Origin: a virus
Taxonomy: Duplodnaviria > Caudoviricetes
Length of the DNA stretch: 64,000 nt
Reading direction: 5' to 3' (one strand)
Virus record (IMG/VR): IMGVR_UViG_3300025706_000022
Location: 11,572-75,571 of that record
Position numbers and translations under genes: made by a program. Positions 19,001 through 28,810 of the stretch are shown one piece after another. The notes under the pieces are model-generated. The model did not search any database and was not told the origin of the DNA. It saw only the letters and a program-made list of their open reading frames with translations. Positions within the stretch are counted from its first letter, which is position 1, and each line of letters opens with the position of its first letter.

Positions 19001-20168
19001 TAAAGGCTAGGGCTGGTACTCCAGTAAATTGAGGCTCATCTCGATTAAGCCAAGCAACAGCAGCAATATGCGCAGTACCTGGATACCTAGAGCTTACCTC
19101 ATCTGGTATATTACCATTGATCATTGCATCGCCGCTACCACCAATCTTATGGCAGTGGATTCGAGTATCTAAGATCGGAGTATTATAAGTCTTATCATCA
19201 ATAGTAATGTGAACTATGTCATTAATATTTTCATAGCATAACACTTGTCTAAAGAATAAAGCTTCATTTCTATCACCCCATCTGTTGAAAGACATGGTTG
19301 GAGCGAAGCCGTTAGTGATATCACCATCCCAATCAAAGAATGATGTTTTCTCATCAGGAAACTCTCCACGACCACTAGGGGCAATACCGTTACCATATCC
19401 TGCTGAGTCAGTTCCAGCAAGGTCTGGACCATCTAACACTAGAGTGTCGGTGAATGGGTCAAAGCTAACGACCTTATAACTAAAGTAACCTAATACAGTA
19501 GATGCAACATTATCAGTAAGCATAAACGCATAATGCTTAATTGTTATTGCCGCACCTTGAACAAGCAGTGATGGCGCTGGAAAGTTGTTGGTCTTTACAG
19601 TGTATCGAGTACCAGTTCCAGCGTACTGAATACGAGTATTAGCCGCTAGTGCATGAATAACTGAATCTGCTGCAGCATAAATTTGGCCTACATAATCAGC
19701 AGAAGCCTGCGGCATACCATTAGTGGATGGGTCAAACACATATGGAGTTGGGTCTACTGAAACCAGATCTGCAATTGTCTTTGAACCGCCACTGGTAGGA
19801 TAATACCCGCTAGCGTTTAGCTCCATTGCAACTGCTGAGTTAGCTAATTGATTAGGGTCTCTAGTGTCACCACATGCAGTAAATACTTGAACACCTGTTT
19901 CAGGTGCTACATAGGTATACCCATTTTGTGCATGATGGTATGTTCTTAATCCACCAATCTTATTTCTACCATAAGCAACGGGAATGTTTAATATTTCCCC
20001 TTCAATGGGGATTTGAAAACCTTTTTGAGCATCAGCCTCAGCCTCTGCCTTCTTAGCTGCTTCTTTTGCTTTCTTCTTTTGCTTTTGAGCTTGAACTTGG
20101 CTATATGCAGCCGAAGCAACCGTCATAGCAATAGAGATCATTGAACCAACTGATAATCCGAAAGTCAT
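16062..20168 (-). CDS. Tail tip / host-specificity protein (lambda J-like, FN3 and DUF1983-like regions)
   Basis: IPVAYGR, NSPALCLLDYLMHPIYGKGL, IEPGDII, YTVKIST...AGYGL...FLVKADRFAV...GVYMKEAMI; probable start MTFG at 20168 (track start 20204). Confidence 0.85.
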   Translation of the reverse strand: MTFGLSVGSMISIAMTVASAAYSQVQAQKQKKKAKEAAKKAEAEADAQKGFQIPIEGEILNIPVAYGRNKIGGLRTYHHAQNGYTYVAPETGVQVFTACGDTRDPNQLANSAVAMELNASGYYPTSGGSKTIADLVSVDPTPYVFDPSTNGMPQASADYVGQIYAAADSVIHALAANTRIQYAGTGTRYTVKTNNFPAPSLLVQGAAITIKHYAFMLTDNVASTVLGYFSYKVVSFDPFTDTLVLDGPDLAGTDSAGYGNGIAPSGRGEFPDEKTSFFDWDGDITNGFAPTMSFNRWGDRNEALFFRQVLCYENINDIVHITIDDKTYNTPILDTRIHCHKIGGSGDAMINGNIPDEVSSRYPGTAHIAAVAWLNRDEPQFTGVPALAFTIDGLLVSDILFDRATNTAQLGGKIYSNSPALCLLDYLMHPIYGKGLGLDEIDLVSFYWAHRCCDRLVQVNGTFYPPMEGEYWVMREKAGLKRTVHLYEANILIDTKESVRDNVEKLLNCMGAAEFIWADGRYRLSIPYPQEYKAVFDSTSLGPIDGGVITQGTPAFYNYGDVVQYPPGAAADVDLYMTTIDNNQMPPLDNGGNLNYGWIKGPHQRLSVAYITDDDIILSADISQAWTSLNDKLNYQTIKFFNEAKAFKEDSASWPPKNDPNNPVYGIYLNEDQGVLLEGESFQAGDTSYAHAMATAEEMVRSSRYNASLIFSASRRFIYIEPGDIIKIRSIILGIPGEMYRVSSVKATELGDISFEVTKFDCRNLAWNAKDDEVIEQRNVYSGDLAQATNLQFIPSTEIGVATGGTLTWNAALDTRVEKYSIRVSYTLLFAVIPGETDWWEIGVVAGTSFKIPAMVAKPMTATVVAISGDGKQSAPEYNVRTGSRWPLVSLVPLDAYLPLMATLTKSLIYVGDNAQGLPDLTAANGNFRLSKGATIYNDKAAYSVTSQIGATASVDDSTSTTTAGNYQITALGQPNASINFTAELDGQTFTRTANIIYTGNNFKTSAGGDITPPPTNVKLFAGITWYSVEHDPATYTVNGGHGATRIYAAERLYGAPAPVVSAAKLVEQSGGPYHVIGSEPATNWYVWASFVARNGIESVKVGPFITTTGVDVSKLITALEDEINMSTLADDVSTPINKIPGIETDVTQLEGQYTVKISTDGGYVAGYGLAVTGTTNPSSQFLVKADRFAVGAPGFDAWPFIVQASPTVINGMNVPAGVYMKEAMIANGTISNAKIGVAQVDTLRVAGNAITTAGMSVVGNIVTPHNGNDIWLSSANGFQNVHATVIYGCYDPNSGSSRNVFIRITLDDQPFSEFSFSSQGGWVTAMANAGVVANVSAGGHVFRAYVYTSDGSVVQGRLSLQVIGLLR

Positions 20169-20176
20169 GTTTTCTC

Positions 20177-20806
20177 CTAAGTGCCTGGTGGCTTCTTGCC
20201 CCACAGCAGTATTTGATCTGCTGAGCCAACATAGATTTGGTTATATGAGGTATCACCGGGATAATTCTGAGCCATCCAATCCTTTGATGTTACGAGTGTT
20301 CTCCTTAACCCTAGTGGGCCCATTGGAGAAGCTCCCTCAAAGTTTAAGATTATTTCAGAGTCTGTAGATATAGTATACATTTGAGTATCAAGTATACCTG
20401 AGTAAAGCATAAATGCATTTTCAACCTGGGTAAATGGTGCACCAGGAGGGATACCATCAACAGTTTCATCGAATGTATTTATAAAACCGGACCAAGCCTT
20501 GATCTTAACACCAGATACACCATTCTCAATCATGAAACGGTAGTCCATAGTTGGGTCGTTTATGGATACCTTGTAAGCTTCCCTATCTACGGGCGAGGAT
20601 ATCTTGGGTAAGTCTATTGTTGCAATACGTGCATCGCTATGGTATAACTCACCGTTAAAGGTAAAGTCATAAGGAAGCGTACATGATAGAATCTTTTCAC
20701 CACCTATAAAGGGCCCTATATTGATTAGCAAAAATGCTGATACATGCTCTTGCGCAATCAGACGAGTTAGTGTTTCGCTCATTACCTTCATATTATAATG
20801 CCTCAA
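20177..20806 (-). CDS. Tail tip hub / minor tail protein
   Basis: Between Dit and J; ends YPGDTSY...ILLWGK as in siphovirus minor tail proteins. Confidence 0.65.
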   Translation of the reverse strand: MRHYNMKVMSETLTRLIAQEHVSAFLLINIGPFIGGEKILSCTLPYDFTFNGELYHSDARIATIDLPKISSPVDREAYKVSINDPTMDYRFMIENGVSGVKIKAWSGFINTFDETVDGIPPGAPFTQVENAFMLYSGILDTQMYTISTDSEIILNFEGASPMGPLGLRRTLVTSKDWMAQNYPGDTSYNQIYVGSADQILLWGKKPPGT

Positions 20807-21413
20807 TAAGCGTTATAGTCCCTGGGTCTAACAAGACACCATCCGTATAGACCATACCAACAAGCGAGGTATTATCAAACATAACCCTCATTGTAGCCTT
20901 AGCACCGATCATAATCTCAGAGTTAACTGGAGTAGCCTTCCGTAATGGAGGAGCAATCTCTGCTACAGACCCAGACACTGATAGTATAACGTATAGTTTA
21001 TAATCACCAGTTACCTTAGGGTCACCAATATTGACTAGTTCACCAGGCACTAGAACGCCACCTGAAAAGCTAATCGACTTTGCATTAGCACCAGCCTCTA
21101 CTGATAGTTTAGGGCTGCCACTACTCCCATCGCTACTAAATCTAAAGGCTTGAGGAGGTCTTACATAAAATCGTTTAGTATAACCAAACATCAATGAGTT
21201 AATCAAATGTTGCGGAGACTCATTGGTTGGCATTACATTTGCGTCTATTTCCCATCGTTGCGCGATATGGTCTGAAGTAATACGCTTCAAGTTCAGACTA
21301 TCAGATGCAGCAACTGGTTGGTTAGACCGTAATGTCATTGGGGCTACAAAAAGACTAGATAGTTCTGAGTCTAGCCCTGTATTTGTAGAACCATTTAGTA
21401 TTCCTGCCAGCAT
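20793..21413 (-). CDS. Distal tail protein (Dit-like)
   Basis: First gene after TMP; beta-rich, QRWEI..., EIAPPLR. Confidence 0.65.
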   Translation of the reverse strand: MLAGILNGSTNTGLDSELSSLFVAPMTLRSNQPVAASDSLNLKRITSDHIAQRWEIDANVMPTNESPQHLINSLMFGYTKRFYVRPPQAFRFSSDGSSGSPKLSVEAGANAKSISFSGGVLVPGELVNIGDPKVTGDYKLYVILSVSGSVAEIAPPLRKATPVNSEIMIGAKATMRVMFDNTSLVGMVYTDGVLLDPGTITLIEAL

Positions 21414-21437
21414 ATCTATATTCCTATATAGTAGGAG

Positions 21438-21459
21438 AGAAGGGGCCGAAGCCCCTTCT
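21438..21459 (-). terminator. C(UUCG)G hairpin after the tape measure gene
   Basis: AGAAGGGGC-TTCG-GCCCCTTCT followed by CTCCTACT. Confidence 0.6.
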
Positions 21460-21461
21460 TA

Positions 21462-24400
21462 TCACCTAGATCCGTTTTCGTATGCAATCTGTCTCGTACC
21501 AGAAGTAATTTGAGGCATCATTCTGATAATCTCTGCACGTGTTTGTCTACTAATGTCACCAGTAATAGCAATATTAACAGTAGAAGAGTTAGGTGTAGGC
21601 TCATTCTTTTTCTGATTCATAAGTTCTTGACCCATATTAATCACACCGCCATTAGCATAACCTGGTACAATTGCTTGACCAAAGTTAATTGCGTCTAACA
21701 GCCCTCTATTAAGGGCAGTAGATTTAGCATTAACAATATATTCACCATTAGAGACACGAGCAAGAATAGAATCTGAGCGACCAGTACCAGGGCCGTTTAT
21801 TTTACCAGTATTACCACCACCAGCAAAAGCCCTAATTGCACCACCACCAGCAAATGCTTGCACATATCCACCATCGGCAAAGAAGGATTTAATCACATTA
21901 AACAACATCTTAGCGCCTTCAATCACACCGTCTATTAACCCACCCATATCAAAAGATTCAAATACCTTCATTATACTACCGCCAAAATCTTGTGCACCCG
22001 ATATAATACCATCAAAACCAGTTTTAAACGATGCACTAACGGTTTCAAAGAAGCCTTCTACATTAAGGTCATCCATTCCAGCAGTCTGTTCTGCTAACAT
22101 CTTAGATTGCTCACTACCAGGAGTAGTGCCTAGGCCTGTTAGCGCTTCCATAAAACCACCCTTACCACCGCATATTGCTTCAGCTTGCTTAACAACGCAT
22201 TCACCACCAGTACCAGCTGCTCCAGCTCCAGTAAGTCTCTCAGCCATACTTAACCCAGGCTTAGACTGACCAAAAGCCTCAGTAGCAACTCCACCTACTT
22301 TAGATTGACCAGATGTTTGGCCAACTTCAGATAATGGTCTGCTGATATCAGTAACAGGCTTTTCTTCCTTAGTAGAAGTGAACAAGGAACCAATACCAGT
22401 ACGTGCTTTCTCACCCATTTTAATAAAGGCAGCATCACCTTTTCCTGCAAAATCATCCAGCATTGTATAGAAACCTTTAAGCAGATTGTCCATAAAGCTA
22501 GTAGTCATTTGTTGCAAGAATTGGGTAGACAAGGTTTCCCACATCTTTTGTGCTACTTCCTTAAATGAGCTCTTGCCCTGCATAGCGCTTACTAAGCCCT
22601 CATTAAATTCTTTCTTAAAGTTTTCTGTAAATGTTTTACCAAAAGCAGTAGGTTGAAGGGTCTTTGCTCCCTCTTCTTCTGCGTTTTTAGGCAAAGCATC
22701 TTTGATATTACCCTTAAGCTTACCTATATTCTTACTAATCCTATTCTTAGCAAAGTCAGAAGCAACAGCTAGCTTATCAGTCTCTTGTTCCATCAAAGAT
22801 AATGAGGTTGTAATCATATCTAAGACTTCAGGAGTATCTAACAGCCCTTTAAAATCTTCTTCTGTAAGAGTAGGAAGATTAGCACTAGCAAGAGCACTAT
22901 TAAGTTCTTCAAAAGAAGCAACTAATGATACTGCATTCTCTATCTTATCCTTAATCGTAGCTATAGGAGTACTAGTACCAGCAGGTGTAAACTGATTACC
23001 ACCACCAGAATAGTTGTTAAACTTCTCAGCAGCAGAATCCTTAACCGCAGCAGCCTTCTTAACGGCCCTAGTACCAACACCCTTAACTGTATCTACAAGG
23101 CTATTAGCACCTTCTTCAAGTTTCTTTTGTATAACAGCTGTACCATTAACTACATTTACTGCAGCCTCTTGCATAAACTGCTTAATAGTGTCCCACTTAC
23201 GTTGAGACTGAGTAGGGTCAGTATTACCAGGCAAGCTAGTCCATACATTTTTAAGCTTATCAATAGCGATTTCAAAACGACCAGCTAATACATCATCTAA
23301 TGCACCAGCTCGTTTAATAAGAGCAGTAGCAACTTCAGTCTGAGACTGGGCACTAAAGTCAGAGACACCCAACTTAGGTGCTATATCATTGTAAGTGGTA
23401 CCAGTGATTTGAAATGCACCGGCTGCAGTAGATTTACGACCTTGTTTGTCAATAAAACCAACTTTATTGGGGTGCTTTGACTCATCATCAAAGTAACCAC
23501 CCGAGCCAACAATACGATTAAAGGCAGAACCACTAGTAGCATCACTATTACTATGTTCGGACTTCATTAGTGTTTCTAAGAAGGTGAGTAATCTCTCTTG
23601 TTGAGTAAGGCTAGAGACCATCCCATCTACACCGTCAGATATCTTAATGCTTGTTTCTTTTACCGCATCTGTAACCTGAGTGCCTACATCTCCAGATGTA
23701 CCAGCTACAGCACCCTTCTTAGGCATTTCAGCAGCAGCAGCACTTGGCACAAAGATATCAAGGACATAGCTAGTAGCACCCTTAATACCATCACCCATTT
23801 TCTTAAATATACCAGTAAACCAACCGGCAATAGACTTAAGCCCAGTCAATATACCATTCCAGATAGCTTGACCCATAGATGTAAAGTTAGCTACAGTAAA
23901 GAATTCACTCATAGCTTTCCAGAAACCATCAGACCAAGCTTTTATTTGATCCATAAATATGAACAGGCCTTCTGGGAAACCAGCGTTAAATACCTTCTTA
24001 ACAAAATCAATAGCAGCATTAAACTTACCGGAGATCCAATCCCAAGCAGCTACAATGCCATCATAAACTAACTTAGAGATTCCTTTTATTGCAGGCCAGA
24101 TTTCATCCCAATTCTTCCAGATACCATATGCAATTGCACCTAAGGCAGCAATTCCTGCTACAAGAGCAGCAACAGGCACACCTAACATAGCAGCACCAGT
24201 AGCAAAGATACCTACAAAAGCAACCTTAATAGCTAAAAAGATAGGTGCCAGCATTGGCAAAAAGAGAGCGCCTAGGGCGGTCATAATAGCACCGAGAGAG
24301 GAAGTTATTACAGACATAAAAGCTCCCCCAATAGCTGCACCAATAGCAGCAGCACCAACTTGTAAGGCTAGTTTGCTAGTACCACTTACCCCTTCTTTAT

Positions 24401-27400
24401 CAGCTATCCTCTCACCAGCAGCAAAGCCATAAGTGCCACCTACCATACCACCAGCATTGGCTAGCCCACTTGCAATAGACTCTCTAGTCTTTTTAGCAGC
24501 TTCAGAAAATGCTTTTGAAGCATCAGTCATCTTGGTCTGCAGCCCAGAAACAGAAGCAGTGAGCCTAGCTTGTTCTGTAGCCAACTTATTAGCAGCATCT
24601 GCAGCGGCAGTCATAGCTCTTGCAGCGTCAGCAGCAGACTGAGGCATTACTGAACCAGCCAAAAGACCAGCTTGGGCACGAGCATTAGCATCTCTAGTAG
24701 CTGTGGCTAATTGTTGTGCAGCAGGTAATTGGGCATTCACACTAGATAGGTTTGCTTCTTGCCGTTTAAGGACAAGAGAGTCTGCTGCTTTAGTGATTCC
24801 ATAGCCAGTTATAGCAGCGCCACCAGCAGGGAACGCCTTAGCAATATTAATCGCCGTTTCTAGAATAGCTTTACGCGCGCTATCAAATGCTAAGCTTAGT
24901 TTCGCTAAAGTAGTAAGTATGCTCAAAGGATCCTTCATGCCGGTTACGCTATCCTTCATACTACCAAATAGGAATCCAGTAATGAAATTTACAGTATTTA
25001 ATACCCAATCAGTAATTGAGTTTTGCGCTTTCTTCAATGTACTGTCGTTGATAATATTCACACCCACTACAGCAGCTATGGTTGTGCTTATCTGTGTTAA
25101 CACAGTAGTTGGTACAAAGTTACCAAATAACTTATTAATTAAGAGCACTAAACCAGTTGAAATAGCAGCAAATACTGGTACTTGAGAGCTTTCAGGAAGT
25201 GCATTAAGAAAGTCATGACCTATCATACGCATTGGAGACTTACGCTGAGGACCAGCACCTACATATGCTTCTGTATCAACTCCTACTGCACCGCCTTTAT
25301 AAGTCATACCAGGAATAATGCCTTCCTTCTTATTAGCAAATCCCCCAGCCTGTTTAAAGGCAATAACAAATGGTTGGAAGAAAGCCTCAATAGGGGCAAG
25401 GAATGCTTTTATCTTAATAATAAGAGGATCAAAAAACTTATTCAACGAAGCTATCATCGGATCAATATAGCCCTTTTGTACTTTCTTAAACTTAATTCCA
25501 GAAAGAGATTCCTTATCTTTAGTAGAGTCAAGAGCTTCAATTGGTGTCTTAAATAAACTAACAAAATCTGTTGCAAGTTTGTATACAGCATCGAGAGCAG
25601 TTTTGAACGAGTTAACATTAGAGGTTAGATCACCAAAGTATGTAAATATAACCTTCATATTTTCAAGGAATGACCCTTTACTGAATACAGCACCTAGGTT
25701 TGCTTTAAGATTAGTAAAAATCTTAAGAACAGTGAGCGCCATTGTTTTAAACCCATTAAGGGCTAGGTCAATAAACTTGATAACTAAGCCTAATGGCACG
25801 CCGAGTAATGCCCCAGCCCAAGTCTGAATGCCGTTAATAAGATCAGGCCACCAAGAATGACCAATCACTTGATCATAGAGCCACTTAAAGGCATTATTGA
25901 TAGAGGTAACAAACCAAGTAACCATCTTGAATACTGATTCAAAACCTATAATGTGCTTTCTTAAATCGATTTCAGCAAATGAAAATGCACTTGTTGCTTG
26001 CTGATCAAGAGAACTCTTTTCAGAAGCTCGCCTATCTGAATCCCCTCTAACCGTAGTATTATACTTGCCAATAGTTTTAACATACCTGTTTTGAATTTCA
26101 TTTTGTTCTTGTCTAGATTTATCCAGTATACTGCCAAGCTTAGCAAACTCATCACGTCGTGCCAGTAACTGGCCGGATGACATAATCTCACCCATCGCAG
26201 AGACAGCATCTTGCTGAATCTTTTCTTGATCTTTATAACTTTCCAACTGCATACTTTGGACGTAATACATCTTATTAATTTCTTTTACTAATGCTGACTG
26301 AAGTACCTTCAAATCATAGTCAATACTATTTATAAGCTCCTTATTCTTATCTGAATCTGGTTGAGATTCAGCATACTTTTTGAGGTCAAGAGCACGCTTT
26401 ATATAAACTTCTAGTTGATCTGTATTCTGTGTTTTAACACTAACATTATCCAGCTTGCCTGCCTCTAAATACTGACGGGCATTTTGAGTTAGCATTTTAT
26501 CAAACATATCAGAATCACCACTACGATCAAAATATTTCCCTTTGGCGTATCCCTTAAAGTCTTGAGAAGCTACCTCAATATCCTCTTGCTCTTTGTCGTA
26601 AGCCTTTTTCTTTTTAAAGTAGGCATCAGCTTCTTTAGTCATTCTACCAATTTCTTCGAATGAACCTTTAAAAACATTAGATACTTCAGTACCAAATTTC
26701 TTAATGCTATTTAGCGGCCCTGATAGTAACCCAGAAGAAGTCTTAGCAATGTTTGTAATCATATCAGTCCAGTAGGAATGACCGATGACTACATCATATA
26801 GCCACTTAAACATATTAGCAATAGTCTTAGTGAACTTATCGAAAAATCCAGTTACAGTACTAAATGATGGCAAGAAAGATTCTAGATCAAGCTTGACTGC
26901 ATCAAAAGTAATAGACGCAAGATCTTCTTTAATATTAGTAATTAAGATCAAGAATCTAGCTTCTAAGATGTTGAACTTCCAATCAAGCGTTTTAGCAAAT
27001 TTGCCTAATGAGATCGCCCAACTGTTAATGATTCTTGGTAAGTCTAGACCACTAAAGATATTACCTAAGGCAACACCTAGCAGCTTTACTGCATTGTTCA
27101 TATTAGTAAATGCTTGTGCAAATGTGATACCCACATTATCAAATGCACCATTTACTTTTCCAGCCTGTTTAAGAAGAGCATCAAAGACCTTAGTGGCTGT
27201 TAGCTCACCGGCCTCACCCATCTCTCTAAGCCTACCAATAGAAACATCCATACCCTCTGCAATAGCACTAGCAAGCCCACTGGCATTCTCAGAAATAGAA
27301 CGAAGTTCATCACCTTGGAGGCGACCAGAAGATAACGCTTGGCCTAACTGCATAATCGCTGATTCTGCTTCTTGTGCAGAAGAGCCAGATATAGCAATAG

Positions 27401-28121
27401 CTTTGCCAACAGTCTGAGTTACCAATGCAACTTCACGTTGAGATGCTTGGAACTGCGCAGAGTTCTTAGCAATACGGTTATAAAGAGAAGCAGTAGCATC
27501 TAATGATGTTCTAGTAGAAAATGCTATCTCTGAAATATCATTAAATGCTCTTTTTGCTGCTACAGTAGAGTCTGTAACAAGCTTGATCTTAGTGTTTAGA
27601 TTCGTTATAGAGTCTGCAAACCTAAACATACCAGTAGCAGCGAATGCACTAGCAATACCACCGGCTGCAATTACTAACCCAGAAATAGCATTAGACGTGG
27701 ATTTAGCACTCTTATTAAGATTTGCTAGCTGGTCATTAATCTTCTTTAGTCCAGCATCTTGTTTAGCAACATTAGTAAGCGATGTATCTACATTATCTAG
27801 GCTCTTACTAAGTGAGCTAGCATCCTTAGAGGTAGTTGCAAGATTATTATTAGTACCAATCTTACTCAAGGCTGCAGCAGCACTAGTAGCAGCCTTAGCA
27901 GTGCTTTCGAGCTTTTTATCTGCTTGAGAAGCACCAATATTTGTTAGCTTGGAGCTAACGTTACCTAATTCCTTGACTGCTTTTTCAGCCCTTACTTTGG
28001 TCAGTTGTGAATCAACAGCAGCAACCTTTTTACTTATCTTAGCGAGTGCTGAATCTATAGCACTCAATTCACCAAGCGCTTGTTGACTTTTTGACCTTAC
28101 TTCTAGTTCGATAGCCATCAT
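21462..28121 (-). CDS. Tail tape measure protein with embedded lambda-R-type lysozyme domain (2219 aa)
   Basis: N-terminal tape-measure domain (LGQALSSGRLQGDELRSISEN); Ala/Gly-rich TM region; STAAGAFQI...SDFSAQSQ...WTSLPG at about 23180-23600; C-terminal FADGG...GPGTGRSDSILARVSNGEY. Confidence 0.92.
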   Translation of the reverse strand: MMAIELEVRSKSQQALGELSAIDSALAKISKKVAAVDSQLTKVRAEKAVKELGNVSSKLTNIGASQADKKLESTAKAATSAAAALSKIGTNNNLATTSKDASSLSKSLDNVDTSLTNVAKQDAGLKKINDQLANLNKSAKSTSNAISGLVIAAGGIASAFAATGMFRFADSITNLNTKIKLVTDSTVAAKRAFNDISEIAFSTRTSLDATASLYNRIAKNSAQFQASQREVALVTQTVGKAIAISGSSAQEAESAIMQLGQALSSGRLQGDELRSISENASGLASAIAEGMDVSIGRLREMGEAGELTATKVFDALLKQAGKVNGAFDNVGITFAQAFTNMNNAVKLLGVALGNIFSGLDLPRIINSWAISLGKFAKTLDWKFNILEARFLILITNIKEDLASITFDAVKLDLESFLPSFSTVTGFFDKFTKTIANMFKWLYDVVIGHSYWTDMITNIAKTSSGLLSGPLNSIKKFGTEVSNVFKGSFEEIGRMTKEADAYFKKKKAYDKEQEDIEVASQDFKGYAKGKYFDRSGDSDMFDKMLTQNARQYLEAGKLDNVSVKTQNTDQLEVYIKRALDLKKYAESQPDSDKNKELINSIDYDLKVLQSALVKEINKMYYVQSMQLESYKDQEKIQQDAVSAMGEIMSSGQLLARRDEFAKLGSILDKSRQEQNEIQNRYVKTIGKYNTTVRGDSDRRASEKSSLDQQATSAFSFAEIDLRKHIIGFESVFKMVTWFVTSINNAFKWLYDQVIGHSWWPDLINGIQTWAGALLGVPLGLVIKFIDLALNGFKTMALTVLKIFTNLKANLGAVFSKGSFLENMKVIFTYFGDLTSNVNSFKTALDAVYKLATDFVSLFKTPIEALDSTKDKESLSGIKFKKVQKGYIDPMIASLNKFFDPLIIKIKAFLAPIEAFFQPFVIAFKQAGGFANKKEGIIPGMTYKGGAVGVDTEAYVGAGPQRKSPMRMIGHDFLNALPESSQVPVFAAISTGLVLLINKLFGNFVPTTVLTQISTTIAAVVGVNIINDSTLKKAQNSITDWVLNTVNFITGFLFGSMKDSVTGMKDPLSILTTLAKLSLAFDSARKAILETAINIAKAFPAGGAAITGYGITKAADSLVLKRQEANLSSVNAQLPAAQQLATATRDANARAQAGLLAGSVMPQSAADAARAMTAAADAANKLATEQARLTASVSGLQTKMTDASKAFSEAAKKTRESIASGLANAGGMVGGTYGFAAGERIADKEGVSGTSKLALQVGAAAIGAAIGGAFMSVITSSLGAIMTALGALFLPMLAPIFLAIKVAFVGIFATGAAMLGVPVAALVAGIAALGAIAYGIWKNWDEIWPAIKGISKLVYDGIVAAWDWISGKFNAAIDFVKKVFNAGFPEGLFIFMDQIKAWSDGFWKAMSEFFTVANFTSMGQAIWNGILTGLKSIAGWFTGIFKKMGDGIKGATSYVLDIFVPSAAAAEMPKKGAVAGTSGDVGTQVTDAVKETSIKISDGVDGMVSSLTQQERLLTFLETLMKSEHSNSDATSGSAFNRIVGSGGYFDDESKHPNKVGFIDKQGRKSTAAGAFQITGTTYNDIAPKLGVSDFSAQSQTEVATALIKRAGALDDVLAGRFEIAIDKLKNVWTSLPGNTDPTQSQRKWDTIKQFMQEAAVNVVNGTAVIQKKLEEGANSLVDTVKGVGTRAVKKAAAVKDSAAEKFNNYSGGGNQFTPAGTSTPIATIKDKIENAVSLVASFEELNSALASANLPTLTEEDFKGLLDTPEVLDMITTSLSLMEQETDKLAVASDFAKNRISKNIGKLKGNIKDALPKNAEEEGAKTLQPTAFGKTFTENFKKEFNEGLVSAMQGKSSFKEVAQKMWETLSTQFLQQMTTSFMDNLLKGFYTMLDDFAGKGDAAFIKMGEKARTGIGSLFTSTKEEKPVTDISRPLSEVGQTSGQSKVGGVATEAFGQSKPGLSMAERLTGAGAAGTGGECVVKQAEAICGGKGGFMEALTGLGTTPGSEQSKMLAEQTAGMDDLNVEGFFETVSASFKTGFDGIISGAQDFGGSIMKVFESFDMGGLIDGVIEGAKMLFNVIKSFFADGGYVQAFAGGGAIRAFAGGGNTGKINGPGTGRSDSILARVSNGEYIVNAKSTALNRGLLDAINFGQAIVPGYANGGVINMGQELMNQKKNEPTPNSSTVNIAITGDISRQTRAEIIRMMPQITSGTRQIAYENGSR

Positions 28122-28447
28122 TCGTCCTTGTAAGTAACAACCTGCCCTACAGCTCTACCATAACGTAATGCTATAGCCTCAATAAAATGAGCAGGTGCTT
28201 GGTCAGAATGCCCTTCATTGAGGGCGCTAATATATGGTACATTGTTGGTTACTTCATACACTGGAAACTTTTTACCAGGTACTTCTCTTATTTCCCAGCC
28301 CTCTCTTGCTACACCTGTATCAATAGGCGTAGCAAGAACAAGCTCATCTGTCATCTGTTGAACAGCTGCAAGAATGCCAGACTGGATACGGCTAGTTACT
28401 TGCTTTTGAAGAGAAGACATAGTAATTTTAACGTTCTTTACTGGCAT
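28118..28447 (-). CDS. HK97 gp10-like tail completion protein
   Basis: TPIDTGVAREGW...NNVPYISALNEGHSDQAPAHFIE. Confidence 0.75.
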   Translation of the reverse strand: MPVKNVKITMSSLQKQVTSRIQSGILAAVQQMTDELVLATPIDTGVAREGWEIREVPGKKFPVYEVTNNVPYISALNEGHSDQAPAHFIEAIALRYGRAVGQVVTYKDE

Positions 28448-28459
28448 TTTTGCTCCTTT

Positions 28460-28810
28460 CTATTTCAATACGTTAGGTAATTCCCTAGAGCTAGATAAGA
28501 AGTGGAACACCCCAGACCGCTTAAAGCTTTCCAATGTTATCTTTCTTTCTTCTGCTCGTTTAACTTCCTGTGCTTTAAGAGTGGCCAAAGAACTAAATAA
28601 TTCTTCTGGCTTAGCCTTAACACCAAAAGCCTGTAAGATCATCATAGTGCGCTGATCCTCACGCCACCCAGGAGGATACTTATTAAAATACTCTCGCCAT
28701 CCGAATAACTCATCATAGGGCATCTCAGCACGAATTTGGTATACGGGCATTCCCAGAAGAGCAGCTAACTCGTATAGAGCTAAGTCCTCGTCTGAGAGTG
28801 TTACTTTCCC
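28460..28810 (-). CDS. C-terminal (T) part of the frameshifted tail assembly chaperone GT
   Basis: -1 frame open from the slippery site: GKVTLSDEDLALYELAALLGMPVYQIRAEMPYDELFGWREYF. Confidence 0.8.
   Translation of the reverse strand, partial: GKVTLSDEDLALYELAALLGMPVYQIRAEMPYDELFGWREYFNKYPPGWREDQRTMMILQAFGVKAKPEELFSSLATLKAQEVKRAEERKITLESFKRSGVFHFLSSSRELPNVLK

Noticed and set aside
11218-20168. Diversity-generating retroelement acting on fibre genes
   Set aside because: No reverse transcriptase and no template/variable repeat pair differing at adenines; the fibre repeat differs mostly at synonymous sites.
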